Shown here: positions 12,360-25,669 of the stretch, piece after piece
How the letters are laid out: every line of letters starts with the position of its first letter
Numbering within the stretch: position 1 is the first letter of the stretch
Assembly: GCF_018350175.1 (NCBI RefSeq)
Contig: NC_058368.1
Coordinates: 100,194,001 to 100,258,000 of the forward strand
Source of the DNA: Felis catus
Taxonomy: Eukaryota
DNA: 64,000 nucleotides
Reading direction: 5' to 3'
Notes under the pieces: model-generated
What the model saw: only the letters and a program-made list of their open reading frames with translations
Told to the model about the DNA's origin: nothing
Database searches by the model: none
Position numbers and translations under genes: made by a program

Positions 12360-13575
12360 AATTTCATTCAGCCCGTTCAGCATTCAGTTTATTTGGTTGG
12401 CACCTACTATGTGCCTAGCGCTAGGAATATAACTGTGTAGGGAGAAAACAAGTCCCTAATGTCTTGGAGTTTACATTCAAGTGAAGGAGACAAAGACTAT
12501 ACAAGTAAATAAGACAAAAATATACTAAGTGCTGTGAAGAAAATAAAGAACAATGTCACTATGGTGGTATCTGTGTCGAAGATGGGGGCAGAGGTACACG
12601 TGTGCATGCATGTGTATTCTGTGTGTATGTATATGCATGTATGTGCTCATGTGTATCTCTGCATGTAGGGGGGTGTGCATGTGTGTGTCAGTATGTGTGT
12701 TTGCAAAAGAGAGAAAAATTATTGGAAAAGGTGTGGTCAGGAAGGATCTCTTTGTTTTTTGTTTTGTTTTTACTTAAATTTTTTAAAATATTTATATTTG
12801 AGAGAGAAAGAGAGAGAGACAGAGGGTGAGTGGGGGAGGGGCAGAGAGAGAGGAGACACAGAATCTGAAGCAGGCTCCAGGCTCTGAGCTGTCAGCACAG
12901 AGCCCAATGCAGGGCTTGAACTCCCGAATCACAAGATCATACCCTAAGCCAAAGTTAGACGTTTAACCAACTGAGCCACCCAGGCGCCCCTGTTTTTCTT
13001 TTAAGCTTATTTCTTTTTAAAAGAGAGAGAGAGACAGCATGCGAGCAAGGCAGGGGCAGAGAGAGGGGAACAGAGGATCTGAAGCAGGCTCTGCACTGAC
13101 AGCAGAGAGCCCGATGCGGGGCTTGAACAAATGACCTGAGCCGAAGTCGATGCTTACCTGACTGAGCCACCCAAGTGCCTCAGGAAGGATCTCTTTGAAT
13201 TGACAATATGTAAATAGAGAAAATGTGAGAAAACTTTACAAAGAACTGGGGGAAGATTCCAGACATTTGCAAGAGGATGTGCAATGCCCCTTTCCAATCC
13301 CTCCCCTAACCTACCCTGGAGTGAGAAGGAGTTTGGATCCTTTGAGCACCTGAAAGGTGAGCATGGATAAAGCCAGCACTGGCAGGAGAGAGTAAAGAGA
13401 GACCAATCAGAGACTTCAAGAACAACCAGGTCACAGAGCGTCTTCGCGGCCAAGAGTTTGGAATTTGTCTTGAGAGTAGTGGGACAACCATGGAACATTC
13501 AATCTAGAGAGGTTTAGGATCTGTTTTGTGATTTAAGGAGTCGAATATGACTGTTCTGAAAAATAGAAGCACAGG
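12360..13575 (-). mobile_element. L2 remnant interrupted by two SINEs
   Basis: ttcattcagc..gcacctactatgtgcc L2 3' end followed by purine-rich L2 body. Confidence 0.65.
12755..13180 (-). mobile_element. Two tandem CanSINEs (12755-12990, 12991-13180)
   Basis: Both lie inside one TSD, caggaaggatctctttg. Confidence 0.9.
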
Positions 13576-16028
13576 GTGGTTGTTCACCAACTACCGCTGT
13601 TCACCAACTACTGACCCATTGCCACTGAGGCACATCCGTTCACCTGACTGGCAGTGAACTTAATACCTAGCCATATCGACGAGAGATGTGGAAATATTTC
13701 CATGTGAATTAATATAATCTCACAAAGGGTTATCCAGTATCCAAGGGGTAGAACTTTGATGTGACACTGGTGTAAAAGAATGTAGGAAAGGAGGTGCATG
13801 AAGATGTAAAAGGCAGAGAGAGACAATAGGAGGCGAGAAAGTGAGCAGAAAGTGTAAGAAAATGAGCAGAGTGGGAAACGATGTTTATTTTTCTGCCAAA
13901 TCATTATTAGACGATCATACGGGGAATAAAGAAATGCTAAATGTTGTTCTAGTGCCTACTAAGGTCGTGCCTTTTACCCTTCCTCTTGCTCTCTTCTCCC
14001 CGACCCCTTATAGCCCATGCAAGTCCACACTAAGATCGAGAACCTAGTTGGAGAGCTGGGGCAAAGGAAAACACCCTCGTGATCATTTCAGCCTGAACTC
14101 CCCACCACTGGGACTTCCTCCAATGCAAAAGATACAATCAAAGGTTATTTTAGTAGAATTACTGTGAAATGAACAAAGAACAAACTGAGAAGTAATGAGG
14201 ATGGGAGAAGAAATAAACAATTGGAGATGGAGTCAGAATTCAATTTCCAGCCAATAATTGTCCTTATTAGTACCATCTGACCTGGTTACAGTCCAGCATA
14301 TCATTACCAAATAAGTGTTAGATGGATCCTGGCATGGATTCACTGCTAAGTGAAGATTCTGACAATGATTCTCAATATATTCTCTGACCTAGAAAGAATA
14401 TGTGTAGAGATGTGTGTGCGTGTGTGTACGTGTGTGTCTATGTTCTTGTGTGTGAGCATTTGGAAGCACAGTGCTCAGTGATGTGATAATAAATATAGCT
14501 AATAAAATTCCAACCTCTTGTTAAGCAAGTATATATGTTCATTGGAAAGACAGAAATATGTATATTTAATGTGTGAAAAACTATTTACATTATGGATCAT
14601 TTTAAAATCATAAATGTGTAATAAGAAATTAAAGTTTACATTACTTGAATCATTTCATGGCATTTTCCCTCAAAAATACCAAATGCTTATGCAACATTAG
14701 AGTAAGATAAATCTTGGATTGCTTTACCTACTCAGTTCCAAGTGAACCATCCTATATATGAAACACATGACATTTTGATCAACAAAAATTAAAACCATAT
14801 TTTCCTCTTCATAGCCTGTTTCCTATGTCAAATACTATGTCAAGTGGAGTTTAATTATTTTAGCTATTACCATATTTCTGGGGGACAAGAAATTTCCAAA
14901 TAAATTTTCAACAGAGACTCCCAGGAGAAGCTTATTGATAAGTAGCGTTGGAATACTGTTCCAGCTAAAATTACTTAACTGGACACTGTCCATTGCTTTC
15001 CTAAATAAAATAAGGTCTTTTGTGATTCATCAACAATTTAATTATCTTTAATGTGATGGCATCTATTTCAATGTTAGTTTTATAACTGGAATTTTATAAC
15101 TAACCAAAAAGGACCAAGATTTGTAGCCTAAAATCGTCATTATTCTGCATGATGTACACAGGACAGGTTCTAAATCTCTGCATCTTCAAATATTGACTCC
15201 ATAGCATCTTGAGATAAGTCAGCCTGTTCTATCTTTTTGTATAAATGTGGTCTATAAGATCTTAGTATTTGAAAAGTCAGAAAACTAGGAACACTATGGA
15301 ATGAACAAATAATTGAAAACCAGCTTAAACCATTTAAATGGAAGCTTCTAGGAAGAACAGTGGTGATGGGGGGCGGGGGAGGGGGGCGGTAAGTAAAGCA
15401 CTGAGAAATTGCCAAAGCTCACTGAAAGCAAATGGGGATTTGGCTAAGTACATCCCAGCTGCACTTGCCCATCCTGAGATCCAGGGTAACGACATAGTTC
15501 TCAAGACAGAGAAAAAGGGAAAAGCTTTTTAGATAAAAAGCTTAGAAGGCACATGACAAATTTGCCTAATTTGTCTTTTAGTGGAATAGACTTTCTGGAG
15601 AGCACTTCTGGGCATGCAAAGTCAGGAAAGGGAAAAGAGGAGAGACTAAGAGGGTCTTCATGATGTCTCTTAATGGTCTCCCATGGACGGAAGCTGATGG
15701 AGTTCTCTGATGGAGTTCTCCTGGGAGCTGGGGTAACCACAGCCATCACAGAAAACCCATATAGGGAAAGAGCTCTCCTAGACCCTAGGACTGGGGACCC
15801 TACGCTTGGTCTATCCATTCTGTAGGAAGAGAGGAGAATGACATGATTTAAATAATACTGTAGGACTAGTGCAATAGTTTTGTCCTTGAGGGAAAAGCCA
15901 AGACCATCAGCGGTCTTGTTGAGCCTCCGATGACCTCCAGACTTCTTACTTTGATAAAAAGATATGCGTCTATTTCTTTAAGTGACTGATGGGAGTAGGA
16001 TTTTCTTTATGTTCAGCGATGTTAAATC

Positions 16029-16236
16029 TTTTTTTTTTTAATTTACTTATTTTGAGAGAGACAGAGCTCAAGCAAGGGAGGGGCAGAGAGAGAGTGAGCG
16101 AGAAAGAGAATTCCAAGCAGACTCTGCACTGTTCGCACAGAGCCTACTGTGGGGCTCGAACTCACAAAACGGAGATTGTGACCTGAGCTGAAATCTAGAG
16201 TCAGACACTTAACCGACTGAGCCACCCAGGTACCAC
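16029..16236 (-). mobile_element. CanSINE
   Basis: T tail, GA tract, tRNA-derived head. Confidence 0.88.
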
Positions 16237-18635
16237 TGACATAAAATCTTAACCATACATAATCAAAGTAAACATACGGTAAAAATTAGCCTAATTCATG
16301 GCTGGAAGGGTAGGGCTATTTTGAAATATCTCTAATGAATAATGTGTTATTGGTGGTGGTGGTGATGGGAACACAAAAATTATGTCACAAAATATCTGTT
16401 CCGGAGTCTCCTGCCAGAGGCAGCATTCTGCGCTGAATGAATTATTAAATAAATCCAGGTCCAGGCAGGCCTTCTTACCACATCCAAGTGCCTGAGACAG
16501 TGGTGCATTTATTAGAAGGACACATGTGCTTGGAAATACAGGAGAATCTAACAACTAGGCCGCAGGAAGCACAAGACCTACCTGTTCCAGGGGACTTACT
16601 AGCCAGAGAGTTGAGTAGAATCTGTTCTCTGGCCCAGACACCAAAATAATTAGTAGGCAATTTTTCATAAAGTTTCAGAATTCTAGAGGAAAATCGAAAT
16701 AACTTCTCAACCAAGCTCTTTTGATTTCTGCTGAGTAGAGTGATATTTCCCCATTGGGTGTTCAGCTCCACGTTCATCTGGTCTCTTTCTTGAATTGTTG
16801 AAAAGTCTGAGGAGAACTAGAGACCACAGCCTGCTTCTCTTTTTAAGAAAGGTGGAGAGAGAGGCCTGTCCACAGTCGGGCTCGGCAAACCAGACCTCGT
16901 CACCGCTTTTCCACCTGTGAGGTGACTGCTTCCTTTCATACCTGACATGGTTGACAGGGATAACGTCTGAATGTAGTTTTCACTTCTAATTTGGGACATG
17001 GCGGCCCAAGCTTCTTCTTGTATCCGATAGGAATACCACGACATTCCAGGAGCACAGATATTCTCTAAACGTAGAGTAAGATGTAAAGACTAAAGAACGT
17101 CACGTGTCTTCTGTGCCCACGTAGCACTGTCAGCTCCGAGTGCCCTGTCATCAGCCTGTTCCCAACTCTACTCTCTTCCACCCACAGTCACCCCTGTCCC
17201 CTTTATTCTGCCTTCCTCTTAGGTATCATTAATTTGTTGTGATATGTCACTCTCTCTCAGTGACCTCTCTGCTTTAGCAACCATTACGGTTATTTTCCCC
17301 AAGAGGGGAATGTGATTGGATCCGTTCTTCTTTTCATACCCACACCATTTCATAGACTTGTCAGTGGGCTTACAGATTGGCAGCTTTTTGGCCAGCACCC
17401 AGCTCTGTTCCAATCTGCCCTGATTGGGGATGGGGAGTCGAGTCACATATTTCATACTGATTTGATTTGATAATGGGAGAGAATGTGCTCCTATATTGAC
17501 TTTTCAGTATTGCTTTCCTTTGCAGGATTGCAGGTTGGAAGGTCTTTGAATAAAATGTGAACACAATATGATTTGAGTTGGCCGAAGAATAGAAACTTTG
17601 GAATCCCTCAGAATATCTTAGCGAAAGGAGAATGATTTCAAAAATCTATAGTTAGTCTCCTAATTACATTTTCTCACATGCTGAGCTTATGAAAATATGG
17701 AGAAGAAGACAGGCATTAAAGCCATATGGTGACAATTATGATAACATACTTACCACCTACCACACTTCATGCTAAGCATTTTATCTTACTTTTAATCCTC
17801 ACGATAACTATGGAAGGTGTTATTATCCCACTAAACATAAGATGTGGCTGAGACACTGAGAAGTTACATATCCCAAGATTCCACAACTGATAAGCATTTT
17901 GGAGCTAGATTTCAACCGGGTCTGAATTTATGGGAGGGGTACATAGAAAGTACTTTGGAGTGGAGACTAACAGAGTATTACTTGAGTCTTTGCTATAAGC
18001 TACTTTTTCTTCTTTTGTTCAGCAAATAAGACCTTACCAGTGGATTTCACAGTTAGCTTGAAGTTTTTTCCACAGATGTGATAGTGGCAAAATTAAGATC
18101 TAAGTGACCAGATCCCAGGCCACACAGAATTTTAACAGAAATATTTAGACATATGTCAGCTACATAGTAACATAAGGTGGGACATGGAGGAAACTATTTG
18201 AAACAACATTAAACAGATTTTTTGAGAATTGGAGGAAACCTACAAAACTGGCTTTGTGTATTACACATAGTCTCAAATGTTAGGTGCACATCACATTCTG
18301 CAAATCAAAGCGATCTGTTTTCCTACTAAATGTTTGCCTTTAGAGAAAATTCTGCGGTGAATCCTTTTAGGAAACTAAAGAACTTCCTTTGGGTAGTCCT
18401 TAGGTATGAAGTGTTGATATTCTCCAGATTTCGTTATTCAAGATCTTTTTTCAATCATGTGTTGCATGTGTTATAAGAAAATCTATAAAGGGTTCTCGTT
18501 TCCTATAAGGCAATCAGATTTCCTGAAATTAACAATAGTGCTTTTCATAATTTGTTTTCAAATTACCTTTCCTGTTACTTAAATCTGTTATTATTTTTCC
18601 CCTCTGCCTTTTCACCCACGTCTTACTACCCATCT

Positions 18636-18683
<48 letters not shown>

Positions 18684-19200
18684 TAATTTACCAACTCATA
18701 TATACACAACCATTTACACACACGCATCCATTCACACCTATCCACACTTCCCAACCACTCATACTCATCTAAACGCACATGTGCTCTCATATACATACCA
18801 CACTTAACAATTCATATCCGTTCACACACTCACATATGTCTCTACACTCACATCATACCTCTCCATTCCTTTATCCATACACCACATCCGTTCACTCGTA
18901 CCCATGTACAAACCCACACTCATTCACTCATATCTATCTACACACTCATATACATACACTCACTATCAGCTCTCCACGTTTCTGCACTCACATGCCACGT
19001 TCCCACCCACGTACAATCCCACCCATCTGCTGACACCCATCCTCACACCCCCACCAGCTAATATTCATCTACATACTCACACTCATGTACCCACTCACCC
19101 ATACACACACATCTCCTCACACCTAATTACATACCCGTCTGCTTATAGGCATACACACACTCAAACGCTTCCTCCAGAAATCTTCACACGTGCCATACAT
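18636..19200. repeat. (CA)n microsatellite followed by about 500 bp of degenerate CA-rich low complexity
   Basis: Direct reading; gives spurious His/Thr-rich ORFs. Confidence 0.9.
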
Positions 19201-19374
19201 AGCCTGTCCGTCCCGCTGCAAACCAAAGTCCCACAATTCTTCAAGCACATCGTACTGTTTTAGATTCCTACACCTTTGCATATGCCTCTGTCTTTGTCAG
19301 CTGGAAATGTCTTTCTGTCTTCCCTTCCTATCTAAATCCTCTCCTTCTTTCAAGAACCAGCTCAAATGACATTG

Positions 19375-20265
19375 TTATTTTATGCACAAATGTTCATAGT
19401 AACTTTATTTGTAATAGCCGAACTATAATGACCCCAAATGTTCTTGAACAGGTAAAACAAATTATGGTACCTACATACCATAGAATCATACTCAGTCATT
19501 AAAAGCAGCTAATTATTGATACCTACAGCAACTTAGATAGATCTGCAGGGAATTGCCCTGAGAGAAAAAAGCCAACCCCGAAAGGTTCCATTCAGCATGA
19601 TCCATTCTAAAAAAAAAAAAAAAAAAAAAAAAATTCTAATGTTTATTTATTTTTGAGAGAGAGAGAGAAAGGCAGAGTGCAAGCAGGGGAGGGTCAGAGA
19701 GAGAGGGAAACACAGAATATAAAGCAAGTTCCAGGCTCTGAGCTGTCAGCACAGAGCCCAACATGGGGCTTGAACTCACAAACCTGAGATCATGACCTTG
19801 GCTGAAGTTGGATGTTTAACTGGCTGAGCCACCCAGGCACTTGGACTTGATCCTGTTTATAGAACGTTTTTAAATGAAAAATTATAGAAATGGAGGACAG
19901 ATTAGTCATGTCTAGGAGTAAGAGATGGGGACTTGGAGGGCATGGTGGGAGAGAGAGAGGTGAGTATAAATTGGTAACAGGAGAGATCATATGTAATGTT
20001 GAAACTGTTCAGTATCTTGGCTGTAGGTGCATATGTTCGTAGGTGGTAAAATTGTATAGAGCTTAATACACACACATGTAGTTGATGAACACAGATAAAA
20101 GTGGATTGTATCGATATCAATATTCTGGTTGAGATATTATAGTATAATTTTGTACAGTGTTACCATTGGGAGAAACCGGACAAGGGCAGGAGGGATCTCT
20201 GTATTATTTCTTAAAACTGCCTGTGAATCTGTAATTATCTTAATAGAAATAGCAGTTAATAATAA
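19375..20265 (+). mobile_element. Old L1 3' end (L1M-type) interrupted by a SINE
   Basis: cacaaatgttcatag..tttatttgtaatagcc, gttaccattggg, gggatctctgtattatttc motifs. Confidence 0.75.
19635..19841 (-). mobile_element. CanSINE
   Basis: Typical sequence, inside an old L1. Confidence 0.88.
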
Positions 20266-20272
20266 AATCATC

Positions 20273-20455
20273 AGGGCTTCCTGGTGAGTTTGAGCCCTGT
20301 GTCGGGCTCTGGCTGACAGCTCAGAGCCTGGAGCCTGCTTCAGATTCTTTGTCTCCCTCTCTCTGACCCTCCCCCGTTCATGCTCTGTCTCTCTCTGTCT
20401 CAAGAATAAACATTAAAAAAAATTTTTTTTAACAAAAATAAAAAATTAAAAAAAA
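20273..20455 (+). mobile_element. CanSINE with deletion in the head
   Basis: gggcttcctgg joined directly to tgagtttgagccc. Confidence 0.85.
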
Positions 20456-21159
20456 GTATAATCATCATGTCATCTTCAGACCTAACATTAACATTAATTC
20501 TTAACATCGAGATAACAAAATACATTTTAAAGAATCACAATGTGATCAAACCAAATGGGGTGAAATACACCTAGGAAAATGTAAACTTCTACAATTAGAT
20601 TCAAATAGTCAATCACATCAATGTAGACTGAGGGAGACCTGGTTCAGCAGCAGATTATATGGCCACAACTAAGGTCTGGGGACACAAGGATAAAGCAGAC
20701 CAATGGTTGTTCACCACTGCATTAAGCAACACCTCTGAGGCTAATTTACTGAGTAGGTCTTCTTTGTAAGGAGCACACAGCCCGGAAAACATGAGGGGAT
20801 GTCCCATATTTTGGGTGACTACATCATGTTACTGCAGTGCTTTTCCTGGTGTGACCCTCTTCTACCAGTAGAGAAGTTCCAAATATGAGTCAATTATTGA
20901 CAAAATAGTCTCACCTCTGTATTAAAATCAAATCTACCTCTTTTTTTCTGAGCACTACAGGCAGTATCTCCAATGTTCTTGGGCTGTTTGTATATTCCAA
21001 ATTTCGTTTTTGCTTTTCTCATGTTTATGTAGTACATATACACTGGGTTTTAAATGGCTAACCCATAATGGCCATGAACTATTGATGCCATTTAATGGGG
21101 TTACACAGAAAGTGTCATTGGTGCAGCATGTTGGGGAATCCTTTTTTGAGCTAGGGCTC

Positions 21160-21709
21160 TGTAGGGGAGGAAAAAGTTTCTCTACCTTTTTTGGCTCAGT
21201 GACGGGGACTGCAAAATACACTGACAAAAGATAGGTTAACAAGATAAAAACAAAGTATATTAACATGCACATTCCACATCCACACGAGAAGACTCAGTGA
21301 TGAGTAACTCTCCGGCTGGTCAGAGTTTGAAATCTATAAAGAAACTTAAAAAAGAATGATAAATTTGTGGTGAAGTGACAAGACAAAGAAAAAGGGATTT
21401 AGGCTTTTAGAGGCAACAAACTATAGGAAGGTAAAATATGGGGGAAACTAATGGAAGATACAGGCTATTTAGTGATGTTGTTACATATCTTCCTCTTGAC
21501 GCTAGCCTCTGAGCTGACAAGAGTCTAGAGTTGTCTTTGATGAGTTCTGCCCTTCCTGGTTTGGAAAAGAGAGACATCCTTACAAATTTATGTCCTGCTT
21601 TTAGGCAAAGAGAGGGAGGGCAGATTGCTTCCCTTATATCTGCTTCTTCCCAGTTGCCTTCACCTCAAAATAATCCATATGCCAATGTGGCATAATCTGA
21701 TACCCTACA
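21160..21709 (-). mobile_element. Older solo LTR (ERV1-like)
   Basis: Terminal inverted repeat TGTAGGG...CCCTACA; LTR-like composition; TSD degraded; strand inferred. Confidence 0.65.
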
Positions 21710-22379
21710 ATTCGCAATAGGAAATCACTCTGCAAAACAGAAATGGCTTTTCAGCTCAGAATCCAAACTGGTAGTGACCTTTCCAGCTAGGAAAGGTCCA
21801 ATTATTTGAGAAGACTGGTTGTGGTCCTGACAACACCATTAAAAAGAGAGAAGGGAACCCTAATCATGTACACAGCACTCCCTTAACAAGAAATGGAGCC
21901 AGTCAGCCATGAGCACTTTCTGAAGAAAACAGTCAGTAAAGACTCTACCTGATATAAAAACATGCAGAGGCCAAGACAAAGAATACAGTCAAAGAGAAAA
22001 GGGGAGAACAAGCTTGGCATGTGGACAGGAAAGCTGTAGAGAATGCCAAATCTGATAAGATTATTTCACAACCAGTCACACTGGTTGAGGGTCCTCACCA
22101 GAGGTACAAAGAGACACTGGACTCTGCTGTCTAATGTTATGTGAATATTTATGCCTTTGTTACCATAGAGTGAACTGGATTATAATTCTCATTCTAGAGG
22201 ACCACGTGGGGCATCTTATGGCCCCCGGGATAGAATCCCCCCCAGGGCTGTTTCCAGTGGAGACTAGAGCTGGGTGACTCTGAACTGACTATTAAGGTTC
22301 TGGGTCATGGTGCAGGCAAAATTAGGGGAAGCAACATTTTTGCAGAAGTCTGCATTCACAATGCTGATCTCTTTCTGTT

Positions 22380-22740
22380 GTGGTGCTTTAGTTTTCTGTT
22401 ACTGCTGCAGCAAAATAAAATAAAATTAGCAGGCTAAAACAACCCACATTCACTATCTCATAGTTCCATATGTCAGAAGTCCAACAAGTGTTGCCAAGCT
22501 GTGTTCATTTTGGGGAGCCCTTTTTGGAGACCTTGTGTCTCCTTGGTCTCCCAGCTTCTAGAGGCCACACACATTCTTTGGCCACATAGCTTCTTTTTTC
22601 CGGGTTGAAGTCAACCTTGGCCAGAAGGGGTGCTTTCTTCTTTGGTTGTCCAAACTCTTTAAGGGAAAGGATTTCCACTTTTGAGGACTTGTCTGATTAT
22701 ATCGGGCTTATCATTTCTAATCCTGCTTTCTCCAGAATAT
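22380..22740. mobile_element. MaLR (MLT1-like) LTR remnant
   Basis: ggctaaaacaac..tctcatagttcc..ccagcttctagaggcc motifs. Confidence 0.6.
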
Positions 22741-23020
22741 AATAGAATGAAAATATAAGCCACAATCTTGTAGTGGTAAGCATTGAGTCATGTCTCCAGA
22801 GCAAATTAGCAGTGGCGTCAACCACGGGACACCCTACCCAACAGCACCTTCTCTTTATTGTGTTGGATTGTTCTTCCAGACTTAAAGTGGAGACAGACAG
22901 ACAGTGGAAGCAATCAAAGAAAAGGTAAGAAAGCACAGAAGGTGGGGAAAGAGCTTGTTGAAAACACAAGAAAGAGGAAAAATCAACATCCACAGAGTTG
23001 ACTTTAAATTGAACTCTTCT

Positions 23021-23054
23021 TTTTACTTTTTTCTTTAAATGTTTGTTTCTTTGT

Positions 23055-23107
<53 letters not shown>

Positions 23108-23960
23108 CCCAAGCAGGCTGCATGCTGTCAGTGCAGAGCCCCAAGCAGGGCTTGATCTCATGAACCTGTGAGATCACTACCTGAGCCGAAGTCAAGAGTC
23201 AGATGCTTAACTGACTGAGCCACCCAGGTAATGAGGTTTTGGAATGGTGGGGATCCAGAACCGATCGCCGATAAAGAATTCTTGAGACATCTTTGGTGCA
23301 AAAAGGTGATTTTATTAAAGCACGGGGACAGGACCTGTGAGTGGAAGGAGCTGCCCTGCGGTGGTGAAGATAGACTGGTGATATGCTATGGAGCTGGGGG
23401 AGATAAAGGCAAAACGGAGGCAAAAGTGGGACTTTGATATGCTAAAGATGACTTCTAAGATACCTGAGCCCTTGATATTGTCAAGCTAAGGTTGTTTTCC
23501 CTCTAGTAAGGCATTTACATTATGACAGTAGGGGGTTCCTGGAGAAATATTCTACTTTGTATTTGCCTCAAGTATTTGTCAGTGGGCTGCGTGTTATAAA
23601 GAAATTTCATTTTACCTGCCATTTCCTTCTTGCCTTTGTTCCCCACATCACTATAGAGGGGAGGATGACATTAGGGCTCCAGGAAACTGAATCTACAGGT
23701 TTCTGGAGATTAGGCTATTGATAACGTTGCCTTTTTCTTGTAATTCATTAAGACATTTGTAAACTCATGGAGACTTGTGTCCTGCATGACTGTGATCTCT
23801 ATCAGTTTAACCATTTGTTTTCTTTCCTTTCCTTTGTTCTTGGGCAGCCAGGAGTGCTTGAGAAATATCATAGATATCGAACAGGGAGTGGGGGCGGGGG
23901 AAGGTGATAGCTTGTGCTTTGCCCTCAGCTTGCCTTATGCTCCCTCATCACAGGTGCCCC
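23021..23960 (-). mobile_element. CanSINE split by an LTR
   Basis: 16-bp TSD taaattgaactcttct at 23005-23020 and 23961-23976. Confidence 0.9.
23229..23950 (-). mobile_element. Solo ERV1-type LTR nested in a CanSINE
   Basis: Termini TAATGAGG...CCTCATCA, 4-bp TSD CAGG, minus-strand AATAAA at about 23311. Confidence 0.88.
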
Positions 23961-25614
23961 TAAATTGAACTCTTCTAATCAAATATGCTGATATTTCTGA
24001 TCTTCAATGGTCTTCGTTTTGTTCACTAAAGGACAACAAAATAAAGCAGTTGATACACTGACCTTCTTACTGTCTGATAGTTACTACTGGGTGTGGGTGG
24101 AAGAAGGCTTTCAGTAAATTTTAAACCACCAACAAAAGTAAACTACAAGCTAAGAAGGTTTGCAAATAAAGAGCTGTCACCACATTTCATGATTGGCCTG
24201 GGCTCTGGGAACAGAGAGGATGGACAAGTTCCTCTTAGACACCAGGAGACGCCTTCTAGTGGTTTCCTTCAACAGGGGATATCCCATGTAAGATTCCTGA
24301 GCAATGAAAGGTTGTTGTATGAAGGGCTGAACCATCAGGGATCTCAAACCATCTGGCCTGTGAAAGAGTGCTTTGTTCGTGAGTCAGAGATGTCAAATTG
24401 ACCAACAATAGCTTTTTGATGACTTATTTACATAGGAGGATGGGAAATGCGGGGAGAACAGCAACAAAGAACCCACGTTCAGAAACAGCCTTGAGCCTGT
24501 ACATAAATCCCTGGGTCTCCAGAGGCATCACCAGGGAAGTCATGCTGAGCATATCAGAAAATAGAGGCGCATTCATGACACACACAGCAGAAACCCAGCC
24601 TGCCTCCTGGGCTCGGCCCTGTTTTTGACATTCTTCCCAGGGACTTTCCTCAGAAATAGCTTTGGGTGGAGAGAGCATTGACAAAGGGTGTTGATGTCTG
24701 CAATGAATGGTAATGACGATCAATTTAAGTGTCAGCCAGGCTCTGGGAGGCACCGACCTCCCGGAGGTGGGTGGTGCTAAGGCTGTTGCCTGTTGTCTGG
24801 TCAATGGGTGATGTGGTTAAGAAAAGGTTCCTCCAGGATACAGTGAAGCCCATCTCTCATCGGCCAAACTCCCCTGGCCAAGTACCTCCTTTCAAAGCCA
24901 GCTGTGTTCTTCTTTGTGCTTATTTCCACCTGGACCCACTGAATCCAGTGACTACCCTTCTGATACTACCACTCTGTGGCTTGTAAGTGTGGGCCAAAGA
25001 TACCACACTGAGGTAGCACACCGAGACAATAAATCATGTACATGAAGACAGTGGGAACTCTGTGCAAACATATCACATGACAGGAGCAACATGACACGTG
25101 CATCTAGTTGCAATTTTTAAATAATAAAATGGTATCTGTCGTTTCCCCCCACTGTTTTATCATGATACATCAACTTGAGACCCTTGATGGATATCTGATA
25201 TCTCATTCTAGGTTGAGAAGGAATTGCCATGCCGTTCTTAAACATTTTCAGTTCAAACTAATTTATAGGTGGTACTTGACAAAAAGGCCAGTTTGTCAGA
25301 AAGAAAAAGTGTGCCAGATTCTGTAATCTGCACAAGGAAGCATAATTCTCTTAGGACATATTTCCAGCCCAAATCTTGGAAATCCAGCAATATATTGTTA
25401 ATGGCTTGTTGATGTTCTTTTGACTGATTCTTTCTTTAGATTAATAACTGAAGCCATCCAACATTCTTCATCTGAGGAATCATTTAACGGTAAATCAAGA
25501 ATCGTTGGCTTAAGCAGAAGAGTAGCTCTTATTATATCAATGGTAACTAAGTAATTATGGGAGTGCCTCCAAAAAGTTCAGATGGTCTCCAAACACATTT
25601 ATTGCCTGTTTGTG

Positions 25615-25669
<55 letters not shown>

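Noticed and set aside
12755..13180. SINE dimer as a new composite element
   Set aside because: Simply explained by one SINE inserting into the A-tail of another, which is common.
13581..13611. tgttcaccaactac repeated at 17-bp period
   Set aside because: Two copies only; ordinary microduplication, not an array.
18779..19263. His/Thr-rich ORFs
   Set aside because: Products of CA-rich low complexity.
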